Positions 43,011 through 52,394 of a DNA stretch of 52,394 nt are shown here, in pieces. How positions within the stretch are numbered: the stretch's first letter is position 1; every line of letters begins with the position of its first letter. The stretch covers positions 1 through 52,394 of the forward strand of contig CAYHYG010000003.1 of assembly GCA_964360835.1 (NCBI GenBank), given 5' to 3'. The notes beneath the pieces are model-generated. The model searched no databases, was not told where the DNA came from, and saw only the letters and a list, made by a program, of their open reading frames with translations. The position numbers and the translations under genes were made by a program. The stretch is from an uncultured Gammaproteobacteria bacterium. GTDB taxonomy: Bacteria; Patescibacteriota; Patescibacteriia; UBA1558; 2-01-FULL-52-15.

Positions 43011-43568
43011 ATGAATACGACGCTATATGTCATTATTGTAGTCATTGCCTTGATCGTTCTTTGGCTGGTGTCTATCTATAATAAATTAGTAACCCTGAAA
43101 AATCGGGTTCAAGAAGCCTGGTCAGATATCGATGTCCAACTCAAACGCCGCTATGACCTAATACCGAATCTGATGGAAACGGTGAAAGGCTACATGCAAC
43201 ACGAGGAAAAAGTCCTGACCGCCGTGACCGAAGCTCGTAGTGCGGCTATGCAGGCTGGCTCTCCTGATCAGCGTTCTCAAGCAGAAAATGCTCTGACTGG
43301 TGCCCTGAAGTCACTCTTCGCGGTGGCAGAACAATATCCCGATCTCAAAGCTTCAGCCAATTTTGCCAAACTCCAAGATGAGTTATCAGATACTGAGAAT
43401 AAAATTCAAGCCGCCAGACGCTTCTACAATGGTCAAGTACGCGACTTTAATACTGTTATTCAATCAGTACCGACAAATTTTGTAGCTGGTTTCCTAGGTA
43501 TGAAACAGTTCAGCTTCTTTGAATTAGAAAACGAAGCCGAGCGTCAGAACGTTGAAGTCAAATTTTAA
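43011..43568 (+). CDS. lemA: LemA family protein
   Basis: N-terminal TM segment plus YNKLVTLKNRVQEAWSDIDVQLKRRYDLIPNL...AENALTGALKSLFAVAEQYPDLKA, matching the LemA consensus layout. Confidence 0.85.
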   Translation: MNTTLYVIIVVIALIVLWLVSIYNKLVTLKNRVQEAWSDIDVQLKRRYDLIPNLMETVKGYMQHEEKVLTAVTEARSAAMQAGSPDQRSQAENALTGALKSLFAVAEQYPDLKASANFAKLQDELSDTENKIQAARRFYNGQVRDFNTVIQSVPTNFVAGFLGMKQFSFFELENEAERQNVEVKF

Positions 43569-43576
43569 CTTTACCC

Positions 43577-43615
43577 CTCCCTTTGGAAAACCCTTCCAAG
43601 GGGAGATTGGTTTTA
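43577..43615 (+). terminator. 12-bp stem hairpin plus short T-run between lemA and htpX (attenuator or terminator)
   Basis: CTCCCTTTGGAA (43577-43588), loop AACCC, TTCCAAGGGGAG (43594-43605), with one G-U pair, followed by ATTGGTTTT. Confidence 0.4.
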
Positions 43616-43619
43616 AACT

Positions 43620-44522
43620 ATGTACCAAGAAATAGCCGCCAACAAACGTAAAACCTGGCTTATGATCATACTATTTATTGGTCTGATCTCAGGATTGACC
43701 TATCTCGCAGCAAGTCTCTATGACTGGGGATTGTCTCCGGTGATTCTGGCTGTCTTTATCTCGCTGATAATGAGTTTGACCAGCTTCTATGCTGGCGACA
43801 GTCTAGCTCTATCAATGGCCGGCGCCAAAAAAATTGAACCGACGGATAACCCTTATGTCTATCGCCTAGTCGAAAACCTTGCCATAACAGCTGGGACACC
43901 AGTGCCCAAGGTTTATATCATCCCTGATACTGGTCTCAATGCTTTTGCTACCGGACGCGATCCCCAACATGCCTCTATTGCAATGACTACGGGAATTATT
44001 GAGTCTCTCAATAATGAGGAGCTGGAAGGCGTCATTGCTCATGAGCTATCACATATCAAAAACTATGACATACGACTCATGATGGTCACTATCATTTGCG
44101 TTAGCATTATCACTCTTTTGGCTGACTGGATTGTAAGGATGGGTGGCCTTGGCCGTCAAAGATCACGAGAGGGATCAGCCAATACTATCTTATTAATCGT
44201 TGGTTTGGTCATTGCTCTTTTGACCCCCCTTTTCGCTCAGTTACTGAAGCTTGCCGTTTCTCGCAAGAGAGAATTTCTAGCTGATGCTTCTGGTGCGCTG
44301 CTGACGAGATATCCTGAAGGATTAGCATCCGCTCTGGAGAAAATTTCTCGCAGTCAGCCACTGAGACGAGCCAACCATGCTACGGCTCATCTCTATATCT
44401 CTGACCCGACCAAAGAAGCCTCCGAAGCTATAGAACAAAAACAGTCATTCTGGAATTCACTTTTTTCGACACATCCTCCCATTGCAGAACGCGTCGCGCG
44501 TTTACGCCAAATGGGTCATTAA
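43620..44522 (+). CDS. htpX: M48-family zinc metalloprotease HtpX
   Basis: HELSHIKNYD (HExxH), four TM segments, 300 aa. Confidence 0.88.
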   Translation: MYQEIAANKRKTWLMIILFIGLISGLTYLAASLYDWGLSPVILAVFISLIMSLTSFYAGDSLALSMAGAKKIEPTDNPYVYRLVENLAITAGTPVPKVYIIPDTGLNAFATGRDPQHASIAMTTGIIESLNNEELEGVIAHELSHIKNYDIRLMMVTIICVSIITLLADWIVRMGGLGRQRSREGSANTILLIVGLVIALLTPLFAQLLKLAVSRKREFLADASGALLTRYPEGLASALEKISRSQPLRRANHATAHLYISDPTKEASEAIEQKQSFWNSLFSTHPPIAERVARLRQMGH

Positions 44523-44540
44523 TCAAATTAAATAAAGACT

Positions 44541-45800
44541 ATGAAAAAAATACTAAGCTTATTTCTCCTGACCGTTCTGACGCTTGGTTCGCTGACGCTA
44601 CCAGTCATGGCCAGAGAAAATGAAATCGAAGACCGAGAAGATGACAGAAGAATCAATGAAGCTACTTTTGAAGCTTCATCTATTGTCAATTCTAACGGTA
44701 CATTGATTGAGATTGGTAATACCACCGCCGCACAAACAACTATCGTGCTACGTATCAATCAGAAAGACGGTAGCAAAAAAGACGTCACTGTGGAGATAAA
44801 TGAAGCCACTAACATTCAATCTGAGACAGGCCGTTCCGCTAATCTGAGCGACTGGATAGCTGGAGATGAGATTTCTCTGACAGCACAATACTTCGCTAAC
44901 AGTGATACTTGGGTGGCCAAACGCATCCGTAATTTATCTTTTCATCTGCGAAACCGAGGTCTCAATGGCTGGGTTACTGCTCTACGCTCAGATCAGAAAC
45001 AGATGGATATTACTTGGCAGAATATCGTTTATACCTTGGACATAAGCTCGGCTAAGCTAGTAGCTGGTAAATCAAATCCGGCCTCGACTACTGACTTCAA
45101 AATTGGCGATCGTGTCCGTGCCCGTGTGATAGAAGATAATGATGGCAAAACTACTACCTGGAAAGCAGAGATTGTCGTTGCTCTGAGACGAGATAAAGAT
45201 TTATTTATGCGGGTCACCCGTTGGGTAGTACCAGCAACTATAATCTCTCTGCCGGCTTCTTCGACACCACCTACTACTATTGAAGTAAAAATTCTGCCAT
45301 CAAAATTCTATCAAGAAGGCGATGTCAATAACCTGATTGGTCAACCGCGAGCCAACCTGACAGTCGATGTCACTACCCAAACTAAATTGACCAGACAATA
45401 TCTAGGCACAGCTACCTTAGCCGAATATAGTGAGGGTGATGAAGTACGCATCATTGGACGACTCGATGAGAATACTGGACATCTGGTAGCCGAGGTTATA
45501 AAAAATAATAACTTGCAGAAACTTGATGCTGTCCATCAACTAGCCAGAGTTACGACTATAAACCTTAGTAATAATTCTCTACAAGTAGTGACTATTGATG
45601 GAAAAACTTGGACCGTGATGATAAATGATCGCACTCATATCACTATGTACCGAAATACTTTGAAACTAGATCAAATAAAAATCGGTGATATCCTGCGCAT
45701 ACGCGGTATAGTCAATCTCAACCAAAGTACGATTGCAGCTAGTTCTATCGGCGTCATCACCATCAAAGGTGAAAAGATACAGGCTTTGCCTGCATTCTAA
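44541..45800 (+). CDS. Secreted protein with repeated small beta-barrel (DUF5666-like) units
   Basis: Signal peptide LLTVLTLGSLTLPVMA. Repeated GD.VR..G.........A..I units (GDRVRARVIED, GDEVRIIGRLD, GDILRIRGIVN). Confidence 0.45.
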   Translation: MKKILSLFLLTVLTLGSLTLPVMARENEIEDREDDRRINEATFEASSIVNSNGTLIEIGNTTAAQTTIVLRINQKDGSKKDVTVEINEATNIQSETGRSANLSDWIAGDEISLTAQYFANSDTWVAKRIRNLSFHLRNRGLNGWVTALRSDQKQMDITWQNIVYTLDISSAKLVAGKSNPASTTDFKIGDRVRARVIEDNDGKTTTWKAEIVVALRRDKDLFMRVTRWVVPATIISLPASSTPPTTIEVKILPSKFYQEGDVNNLIGQPRANLTVDVTTQTKLTRQYLGTATLAEYSEGDEVRIIGRLDENTGHLVAEVIKNNNLQKLDAVHQLARVTTINLSNNSLQVVTIDGKTWTVMINDRTHITMYRNTLKLDQIKIGDILRIRGIVNLNQSTIAASSIGVITIKGEKIQALPAF

Positions 45801-45873
45801 AAAACATTCAATTGTCAAAATCAGGGATCCCGTCTCGTTTGATTGTGCCTAGCGCGATCACTCGGCGGGATTC

Positions 45874-45903
45874 TTGACAATCAGAGATAAAAAATTCTAT
45901 AGT
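45874..45903 (+). promoter_or_regulatory. Sigma-70-like promoter (TTGACA-18-TATAGT) upstream of clpC
   Basis: TTGACA at 45874-45879 and TATAGT at 45898-45903. Confidence 0.45.
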
Positions 45904-45948
45904 ATCATTTCTACTTGAAACCTTAATTGTGTTACACTAACTATACCT

Positions 45949-48435
45949 ATGGATAATCTTTTGGACCGTTTTACCTCACATTTCAAGCAAATTTTGATCC
46001 ATGCTCAAAATGTTGCCTGGCAAAAAGGGGCTGACAGTATTCAGCCTATACATTTATTGTATGCGCTTCTAGTACAACAAGGCAGTATTGCGACCGAAAT
46101 CTTACAGAAACAAAACCTGCGAGCCGACCATTTACAGCTAGACATTAGTGGTCCCCTCTCGACAGATAAGCTAATGCAACATAACCCCTGGGATCTACCA
46201 CAACCAAATGATGCCAGTCAAAAAATTATTGAGCAGGCGGTCAAGACAGCTTATGAATTTGGTCATAAGTATGTCGGTTCAGAGCACCTGCTCGTCAGTC
46301 TGATCAACAATTACGACCATGAGATCCAGGCTGTCTTGGTACGATACACCATAGACGCCAAAAAAATCTCCCAACAGCTTGACCTGATTTTACGCGGTAC
46401 GGCCAAATTTACTCATTGGCAAGAGGATCAAGCAGAGTCTCGTGAAGGTGAACGCAGTATGCAAAATCAAGGTAAAGAATCAATACTAGAACAATATACA
46501 GTTGATCTGACCAGCAAAGAAGCGCAGGCGAAGATTGATCCGGTCATCGGCCGTAGTCCGGAGATTGAGCGTTTAATTCAAATACTTTCACGTCGGACTA
46601 AAAATAATCCGATTTTGCTAGGCGACGCCGGCGTGGGTAAGACAGCTATCATAGAAGGGCTAGCCAAGAAAATCGCCCACGGTGATGTACCCGATGTTCT
46701 GCTTGATAAGCACATTCTCAATCTTGATCTCTCCTCTGTCATCGCCGGCACCATGTATCGCGGAGAATTTGAAGCTCGACTGAGACAGATCATTGACGAA
46801 GTCAGTGCTAATCCAAAGATTATTCTCTTTATTGATGAGATACACAACCTCATAGGAGCCGGATCAACGAGTGGTTCTCTTGACGCTGCTAACATATTGA
46901 AGCCAGCTCTAGCACGAGGACAACTACGTTGCATCGGTGCCACCACCAGAGAAGAGTACAAACGCTTCATTGAATCTGACAAAGCATTGGAACGACGCTT
47001 CCAAGCCATTATGATAGAAGAAGCTTCAGAGATCGAGACCTTAGAAATTCTCAATGGCATCAAGAACAATTATGAAAGCTATCATCACGTCGAGTTTACC
47101 CCAGAGGCGCTAGCCAGCTCCATTGAGCTCAGTCAACGATACATGCCTGATAAAAAACTGCCGGACAAAGCTATTGACCTTCTTGATGAAGCCGCTTCAT
47201 CTCTACGTGTAGCTAAAGAGAAAAATAAACACGTCAAAACTATACGTGATCTTGAGAGACAGCTCGATGGCATACGGAAAAATAAGCGCCAAGCCATTAT
47301 CGAAGAAAATTTTGCTACTGCCCTCAGTCTCAAGGATCAAGAAGAAATAATTTCGCAGGAATTAGAAATATTGAAACGTTCTCAGAGTAAAGATCAGACC
47401 AATATACTAGGGATTATCACCGCCGAACGTATTGCTGAGATCGTGGCGCGAGCCACTGGTATTCCTGTGTCGGAAATTTTGAAATCAGAGAAGAAAAAAG
47501 TTTTGCATCTGGAGAAATATTTGTCGAGAGAGGTGTACGGTCAAGATGATGCAATGAGCATTATTGCCGACGCTATCCGACGCTCACGAGCTGGACTAGC
47601 AGATCCCCACAGACCACTAGCCTCATTTATCTTCCTCGGACCTACTGGTGTAGGCAAAACTGAAACAGCCAAATTATTAGCTCGATTAATGTTTGATAAC
47701 CCCAATGCTTTGATTCGTATTGACATGTCAGAATATGCAGAAGGTTTCAATGTTTCCAAGCTTATAGGCGCGCCTGCTGGCTATGTTGGTTACAAAGATG
47801 GAAATGTTCTGACTGATAGTATCAAAGCTCGTCCTTACAGTGTCATTCTCTTTGATGAAATTGAGAAAGCTCATCCTGAAGTCTTCAATCTACTTCTACC
47901 AGTATTAGAAGACGGCCATCTGACAGATGCTAGTGGTCGTGTAGTCAACTTTCGAAACGCTATCATTATCATGACTTCAAATATTGGCCTGGAGCAGTTT
48001 AATGCTCAAGCAGGGCTAGGTTTTGAAGATAGCGACGGCGAAGGACACAGACAGCAACAAAGTTTTGAAACTGTTTCTGCTAATATCAAGGAGTCTATGC
48101 ATGACTACTTTCGACCTGAATTTCTCAATCGTATTGATAAAATAATTGTCTTTAAACCTTTGACAATTCAAGTAGCCAAAAAAATAATTCAGACAGAGCT
48201 AACAAAATTGCAGCAGCGTCTAGAAGCCAAAGGAGCTCATCTACAGCTTTCTGGCGAAGTCATCTCTTATCTGGCACGACAGGGGTTCCGAGTCGAAGAG
48301 GGGGCCAGATCTTTGAAGCGGTATTTCCAGGAGCAAGTAACCAATCGGCTGGCTCAGACAATGTTGGAGCAAGACAGCGCCAGAGATTTCAGTATCGAAA
48401 TAAAGGGCAAAGAACTAGCGCTCAAAGCGTCATAA
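45949..48435 (+). CDS. clpC: Class III AAA+ chaperone, ClpC-type
   Basis: Clp_N repeats and two Walker A sites (GDAGVGKTA, GPTGVGKTE). The short middle region has a UVR-like ENFATALSLKDQEE. An LGF loop is present. 828 aa. Confidence 0.85.
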   Translation: MDNLLDRFTSHFKQILIHAQNVAWQKGADSIQPIHLLYALLVQQGSIATEILQKQNLRADHLQLDISGPLSTDKLMQHNPWDLPQPNDASQKIIEQAVKTAYEFGHKYVGSEHLLVSLINNYDHEIQAVLVRYTIDAKKISQQLDLILRGTAKFTHWQEDQAESREGERSMQNQGKESILEQYTVDLTSKEAQAKIDPVIGRSPEIERLIQILSRRTKNNPILLGDAGVGKTAIIEGLAKKIAHGDVPDVLLDKHILNLDLSSVIAGTMYRGEFEARLRQIIDEVSANPKIILFIDEIHNLIGAGSTSGSLDAANILKPALARGQLRCIGATTREEYKRFIESDKALERRFQAIMIEEASEIETLEILNGIKNNYESYHHVEFTPEALASSIELSQRYMPDKKLPDKAIDLLDEAASSLRVAKEKNKHVKTIRDLERQLDGIRKNKRQAIIEENFATALSLKDQEEIISQELEILKRSQSKDQTNILGIITAERIAEIVARATGIPVSEILKSEKKKVLHLEKYLSREVYGQDDAMSIIADAIRRSRAGLADPHRPLASFIFLGPTGVGKTETAKLLARLMFDNPNALIRIDMSEYAEGFNVSKLIGAPAGYVGYKDGNVLTDSIKARPYSVILFDEIEKAHPEVFNLLLPVLEDGHLTDASGRVVNFRNAIIIMTSNIGLEQFNAQAGLGFEDSDGEGHRQQQSFETVSANIKESMHDYFRPEFLNRIDKIIVFKPLTIQVAKKIIQTELTKLQQRLEAKGAHLQLSGEVISYLARQGFRVEEGARSLKRYFQEQVTNRLAQTMLEQDSARDFSIEIKGKELALKAS

Positions 48436-48454
48436 TTAATAATCGAAAAAAAAT

Positions 48455-48477
48455 AAAACAGGGTTGATCCCTGTTTT
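48455..48477 (+). terminator. Rho-independent terminator after clpC, abutting the comFC ATG
   Basis: AAAACAGGG-TTGAT-CCCTGTTTT, immediately followed by ATG at 48478. Confidence 0.6.
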
Positions 48478-49125
48478 ATGTTCAAAAAAACTCTAGGACT
48501 TATCCTAAACTTTCTTTACCCTCAATCATGCTTGATCTGCCACCAAGCGGCCTATTGGCTCTGTCCTGCTTGTCTGCTAAATATTGAAGTCCGCTCTGAC
48601 AATATCTCTATTGAAGGACTAGACATGGCATACATAGCTTGCGACTATAGCTCCCAAATCCGCAGCATTATCTGGTCGTTTAAATATGCTAACCAGCCGC
48701 AAGCGGCTGAACTTTTGACCGAGCTACTGAGCCGACGATTACATTCCTTAACGCTTCCCTCGCCGCTCTATCTCGTACCGATACCACTTTCAAAGAATAA
48801 GCTAAAATTTCGAGGCTACAATCAAGCTGAATTACTAGCACAACACTTAGGAGAAAAAATCGACAAAACGACTTTTAACCCATTGCAAAGAGTCAGAAAG
48901 ATTCGCCAACAAGCGCATCTGGGGAAAAACGAGCGATTCAAAAATACAGCTAACTCCTTTCTCTCTGAGAAACTTAACTCTGCGGCTACCTATATCATTA
49001 TTGATGACGTCTTGACTACTGGAGCTACTATGTCGGCTGCCGCTCTGGCTCTGCGCCAAGCAGGCGCCAAAAATGTCTGGGGTCTAGCCGTAGCCAGAAA
49101 TGACAGGAAAAAATTGCTTAAATAA
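48478..49125 (+). CDS. comFC: ComF-family competence protein (phosphoribosyltransferase fold)
   Basis: N-terminal CLIC...CPAC zinc motif and PRTase motif YIIIDDVLTTGATM. Confidence 0.8.
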   Translation: MFKKTLGLILNFLYPQSCLICHQAAYWLCPACLLNIEVRSDNISIEGLDMAYIACDYSSQIRSIIWSFKYANQPQAAELLTELLSRRLHSLTLPSPLYLVPIPLSKNKLKFRGYNQAELLAQHLGEKIDKTTFNPLQRVRKIRQQAHLGKNERFKNTANSFLSEKLNSAATYIIIDDVLTTGATMSAAALALRQAGAKNVWGLAVARNDRKKLLK

Positions 49126-50335
49126 TTTTGTGATAGATTGCCATCAGCCGCTGACCCATTCTATCGGTCGTATAATTCTCGGCCTCATGTCGCGCAGCTA
49201 GACGCAGCGCTTGTTGCTTGCTTTGACTTAAAGCCGACCATTCTGCCAGAGCTTTGAGATACTTTTCTGCTCTGTATGGCAATAACCAAGCAAAATCAGG
49301 AGTAATAAAACTGCTCAAACCGCCACGATTTGGCGCTAGTAAAGGTAAGCCAGTCGCCATCATTTCCAAACCTACCAGTCCAAATGGCTCTATGTCATTA
49401 ACCAAAATACCCAGATCAGCGCTGGCTAGATATGGTATTATGTTATCATGTTGCAGATAACCTATAGCTTTGACCGCCGGAAATAATTCTAGCGTTTTTT
49501 TAAATTTACCGTCTCCAATAATTATTAAACTGTATCTTTTGGCATCTAAGCCCCTGGCAAAATCTATTAATAAATCTATTTTTTTGTCTTGCTCTAATCT
49601 GCCAACATGGATTATGACCCTCCTTTTTCCTCCATCACTCAATTGCTGATAGAGTTTGTCATCACGTTGGGCATGTAAATAAGGGTCTACTTGGATACCG
49701 AGAGCCAAGACGTATACGGGTTTACTGCTATGTCTTTTTGCCTCCTCAGCGGAAAAATCAGAATTAGCTATGACCGCGTCAGCCGTAGCTAGAAACCTGC
49801 GGCGTAATAAAGCTGTCAGAAAAGCTGCAGTAATCTGACGAAATGGTCTAGTCAGCAACCAACCACCTGTGACATGAAACACCTGACGGTAGAAATTATC
49901 CAAACGCTCGTGCACAAAAACTACTACTCTCCCGCCCTGACTGGAGACCAATTTCTTCAAGCGTCGGCCGTAAAAAAAAGTGCTAAAGGAATCTCCAATC
50001 TCCAAAATATTCGGTTTCTCCTCTTTGATAATTTTCTCAATATCATCATAACTGCGAAAAAAATAATATTTGAGGGAGTCAACCATGACGATCCGTGACG
50101 GTAGGCGATAAATGACTCGTTTACCGTGATCTTCTTTAATTATCCCATCTTTATTGTCTTGCCTAGGCGTGATGATAATTTGACGAATATCATGTCGAAA
50201 AAAATATTGTCCCTTAGCGTCAATATAGGTCGTGATACCGCCTCCACGTGAATAGGCGTAGGTCAAATCACAGAGCGTCAATTGCTTCTTGGAACTACCG
50301 TGGTTTGAATTATTATTGTTTGTTATTGTCATCAA
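49118..50335 (-). CDS. GT4-family (GT-B) glycosyltransferase
   Basis: EPFGLVGLEMMATGLPLLAPNRGG (E-x7-E region). 405 aa. Confidence 0.75.
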   Translation of the reverse strand: MMTITNNNNSNHGSSKKQLTLCDLTYAYSRGGGITTYIDAKGQYFFRHDIRQIIITPRQDNKDGIIKEDHGKRVIYRLPSRIVMVDSLKYYFFRSYDDIEKIIKEEKPNILEIGDSFSTFFYGRRLKKLVSSQGGRVVVFVHERLDNFYRQVFHVTGGWLLTRPFRQITAAFLTALLRRRFLATADAVIANSDFSAEEAKRHSSKPVYVLALGIQVDPYLHAQRDDKLYQQLSDGGKRRVIIHVGRLEQDKKIDLLIDFARGLDAKRYSLIIIGDGKFKKTLELFPAVKAIGYLQHDNIIPYLASADLGILVNDIEPFGLVGLEMMATGLPLLAPNRGGLSSFITPDFAWLLPYRAEKYLKALAEWSALSQSKQQALRLAARHEAENYTTDRMGQRLMAIYHKII

Positions 50336-50347
50336 ATAAATCTATGT

Positions 50348-51346
50348 CTAGAGCAGGGAACTACACGTGCTAACCTGACCATGGATATGATCAACCGAAC
50401 CCATATTACAATCAACTTTCACTTTATCTTTTTCACACTGAACAAAATTAAAGCCGCTGTCATACATTAATGTATAAAGAGTTGGATATCCTGCTTGAGT
50501 ACCAGAAGATAAATCGACGGCACATGAAACCGGTGGGTGGTCACGATCAAATAAACATCGATTCTGCGATCCACCATAGTGCCATGAATCTCCGTGTTGA
50601 CAATCGCTGGTCAGAGTCCCGTCATCATTTCTTTTACAATTACCTAAGAAAACATTGCCATCAGAGATACTATTTAAATTAGCGATTATGTGAGCTTTAT
50701 CGGGAGCTGCTAATCTGTCGTCCAATTTTTTGAGAGCTTTGATGATATCAGGATGAGCAGTAAGTTTCTGCTTGCTGGCCGCTCCCATAGCAGAAGTTTC
50801 ACCGATTTTGTATAACTGCTCCCATGGTGCTGGAGAAAAAGCGCATGAACCAACCCTACCTGGTATAGCCGGCGTACTGGTGGCAGTTGGTTGTAAATCT
50901 AAGACCGGAATATTCAAAACTCCCCTGTCGGTAATCCTGGGGTTAATAAGATTAAATAGTAAATAGGAAGTCAGGGCTAAAACCAAACCAATAATAGCCA
51001 CTTGAATAGTTTCTTTGGCATCGCTTAACTTACCTTGATTACCGAGAGCAAATAAATACTTAAAGCCGCCGATGACTATCATCAACACTGCCAAAATAAT
51101 GGCTGCTTGAACCAAAAAAGTATACAGCGAAGAAATATAACAACCCAAAAAATTTCCAGCATCGGTCACGGAATTACAACCGGTCAAATCAAGGCCAGCT
51201 ACCGCCGGCTGATAATCTATTGGTTTTGGCGGATTGACATCGGTCGGCACAGCCAATGCTCCCGATATAGAAAAAAATACGCTCATGGCAAAGGCCATGA
51301 CGAAGAATAGAAGATAAGTTGTTCTTTTTCTTGAACCTATTATCAT
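50348..51346 (-). CDS. T4SS-pilin-like (TrbC/VirB2-type, CPR style) N-terminal module fused to a Cys/His-containing C-terminal domain
   Basis: Signal/TM segment, then AIILAVLMIVIGGFKYLFALGNQGKLSDAKETIQVAIIGLVLALTSYLLFNLINP. The C-terminal ~190 aa carry several Cys and SWHYGG...CAVDL. The ATG at 51346 gives an ATGA overlap with the upstream stop. Confidence 0.45.
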   Translation of the reverse strand: MIIGSRKRTTYLLFFVMAFAMSVFFSISGALAVPTDVNPPKPIDYQPAVAGLDLTGCNSVTDAGNFLGCYISSLYTFLVQAAIILAVLMIVIGGFKYLFALGNQGKLSDAKETIQVAIIGLVLALTSYLLFNLINPRITDRGVLNIPVLDLQPTATSTPAIPGRVGSCAFSPAPWEQLYKIGETSAMGAASKQKLTAHPDIIKALKKLDDRLAAPDKAHIIANLNSISDGNVFLGNCKRNDDGTLTSDCQHGDSWHYGGSQNRCLFDRDHPPVSCAVDLSSGTQAGYPTLYTLMYDSGFNFVQCEKDKVKVDCNMGSVDHIHGQVSTCSSLL

Positions 51347-51972
51347 TTTAAGTCGGAAATTATTGTCTGCCATTGAGCCAGATCGACGTGACCGCTGGCA
51401 CGAACCTTATTGTTTACATCGAAGTACGGCAGTGAATCAATTTTTAAAAAAGCAGCATCAGCAATATCCTGCTCTATCGCTGGAACAGTCTCATTTTCCG
51501 TCAGACATTTCTGAAAAACATCCTGCCGCAAACCTAAACGCTCGGCATAATCAAGGAGAACACCCTGACTGGAACCTCGGCCTTGGTTGGCGAAAAGTAA
51601 ATCATGATACGGCCAAAATCTTCCTTGCAACTGAGCACATCGTCCTGCTTGTGCTAGTAGTCGAGCTTCATCAGTGTCAAAGGGGTAATCCCGATGTACA
51701 ACGGCGACTTCTGTGGGATACAAAGCGCGAATCTGTGCCAACGTATCTGCTGTCTCTTTGCAAGCGGGGCAGGTATAACTACTAAATACTTGGATAATGA
51801 CCGGTGCCTGACGCGAGCCAGTGATAGGACTTTCAGTTCTAACAGCTAATGACGGCCCGTTTGATGATGATTCTCGAGTAGGCTCATTGGGTCTGACAAA
51901 CCAGAGACTAAGGGCAAAAAAAAGCAGGACACCCAAAACAATGAAGCTAAAAAAATAAATAAGTCGTTGCAT
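51343..51972 (-). CDS. DsbA-family thioredoxin-fold protein, membrane anchored
   Basis: TM segment IYFFSFIVLGVLLFFALSLWF. Active site YTCPACKE. Confidence 0.75.
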   Translation of the reverse strand: MQRLIYFFSFIVLGVLLFFALSLWFVRPNEPTRESSSNGPSLAVRTESPITGSRQAPVIIQVFSSYTCPACKETADTLAQIRALYPTEVAVVHRDYPFDTDEARLLAQAGRCAQLQGRFWPYHDLLFANQGRGSSQGVLLDYAERLGLRQDVFQKCLTENETVPAIEQDIADAAFLKIDSLPYFDVNNKVRASGHVDLAQWQTIISDLK

Positions 51973-51974
51973 AA

Positions 51975-52394
51975 TTATTTCAGGCGTATGCTGTGAAGTC
52001 TCTGCGTGGTCTGATCGACAAAATAAAGCTGACTTTCATCGGGCGACAAAAATAAATTGCCGGCAGTATAAGAGCTCTGACTGCCCACCGGCAGAGCTAA
52101 TGGCACTCGTACGCCGCTAGTAATATCTACCCGATAAAAAATATCAGCAGAATCTTTGGCTAATTCAGGAAACAAACCAGCTCCCTCTGGTAAAGTTGTA
52201 GGCACGGCGCAATATAATGAGGAGCCCGAACTGTCAAAGGTGCACTTATCAGCCCAAGTTCGTAATCCCAGATCAGTATGGCTGTAACCCAGAGAATCGG
52301 TAGCCCCTTCCGTCAACCATAAACGCGGCTCATAGCTATCTTTGGCACTGGAGGCGTTATACAATAGATAATTACCGGAAGGAGAATATTTTGA
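51975..52394 (-). CDS. PD40/TolB-like beta-propeller protein, 5' end outside the window
   Basis: The frame stays open to the window edge (...SKYSPSGNYLLYNASS...). The motif LFLSPDESQLYFVD is PD40-like. Confidence 0.5.
   Translation of the reverse strand, partial: SKYSPSGNYLLYNASSAKDSYEPRLWLTEGATDSLGYSHTDLGLRTWADKCTFDSSGSSLYCAVPTTLPEGAGLFPELAKDSADIFYRVDITSGVRVPLALPVGSQSSYTAGNLFLSPDESQLYFVDQTTQRLHSIRLK

Noticed and set aside
45801-45948. CtsR-type operator upstream of clpC (GTCAAA heptads).
   Set aside because: Only one GTCAAA is present (in TTGTCAAAATCAGG), and the second similar stretch is the -35 TTGACA. There is no tandem heptad repeat with the required spacing.

Overview
This window looks like a small, gene-dense, monoderm-type bacterial genome, in the style of the Candidate Phyla Radiation (Patescibacteria). 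That taxonomic call is inference from gene content.

Gene content, left to right:
- 1-1582: the RT-proximal end of a diversity-generating retroelement (DGR). It has an AAC-rich repeat cut by the window edge, an Avd gene and a DGR-type reverse transcriptase.
- 1870-4767: a large Fn3-repeat / peptidoglycan-binding surface protein split by one in-frame TAA.
- 5.0-10.3 kb: an accessory stretch ending at tRNA-Asp. It holds a large serine recombinase, a Cys-repeat secreted protein built from 93-bp tandem repeats, a PhzF-like protein, and a two-gene cassette flanked by a ~38-nt direct repeat.
- 10.4-17.5 kb: housekeeping genes (lgt, three DsbA-like genes plus DoxX, gatCA, ligA).
- 17.5-32.8 kb: a secretin-less type IV pilus locus (pilM, N, O, P-like, pilB, a CheY-like regulator, pilT, pilC, six prepilin-like genes, pilD, a PilX-like gene).
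- 32.9-42.4 kb: four translationally coupled giant surface proteins.
- 42.5-52.4 kb: lemA, htpX, clpC, comFC, a glycosyltransferase, a T4SS-pilin-like fusion, another DsbA-like gene and a truncated PD40 propeller gene.

The most interesting signal is inside the pilin block. A ~280-bp unit encodes a small GIY-YIG (COG2827/URI-type) nuclease domain and is bounded by 14-16-bp perfect inverted repeats (CCCAGCACCATTTT / AAAATGGTGCTGGG). It sits in three different prepilin genes, exactly in the codons for the leader/cleavage motif. One copy is intact, one is internally disrupted, and one is an internally deleted miniature.

The unit has no stop codon. Its right repeat encodes (E/K)NGAG, which rebuilds a G|F/Y-T-L-I/V-E prepilin-peptidase site in frame with the pilin. 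Deleting one copy in silico restores a textbook [10 protein letters not shown] prepilin start.

I read this as a mobile element that rides as a cleavable leader peptide, and I do not know of a prior description. All homology calls are by eye, with no searches run.
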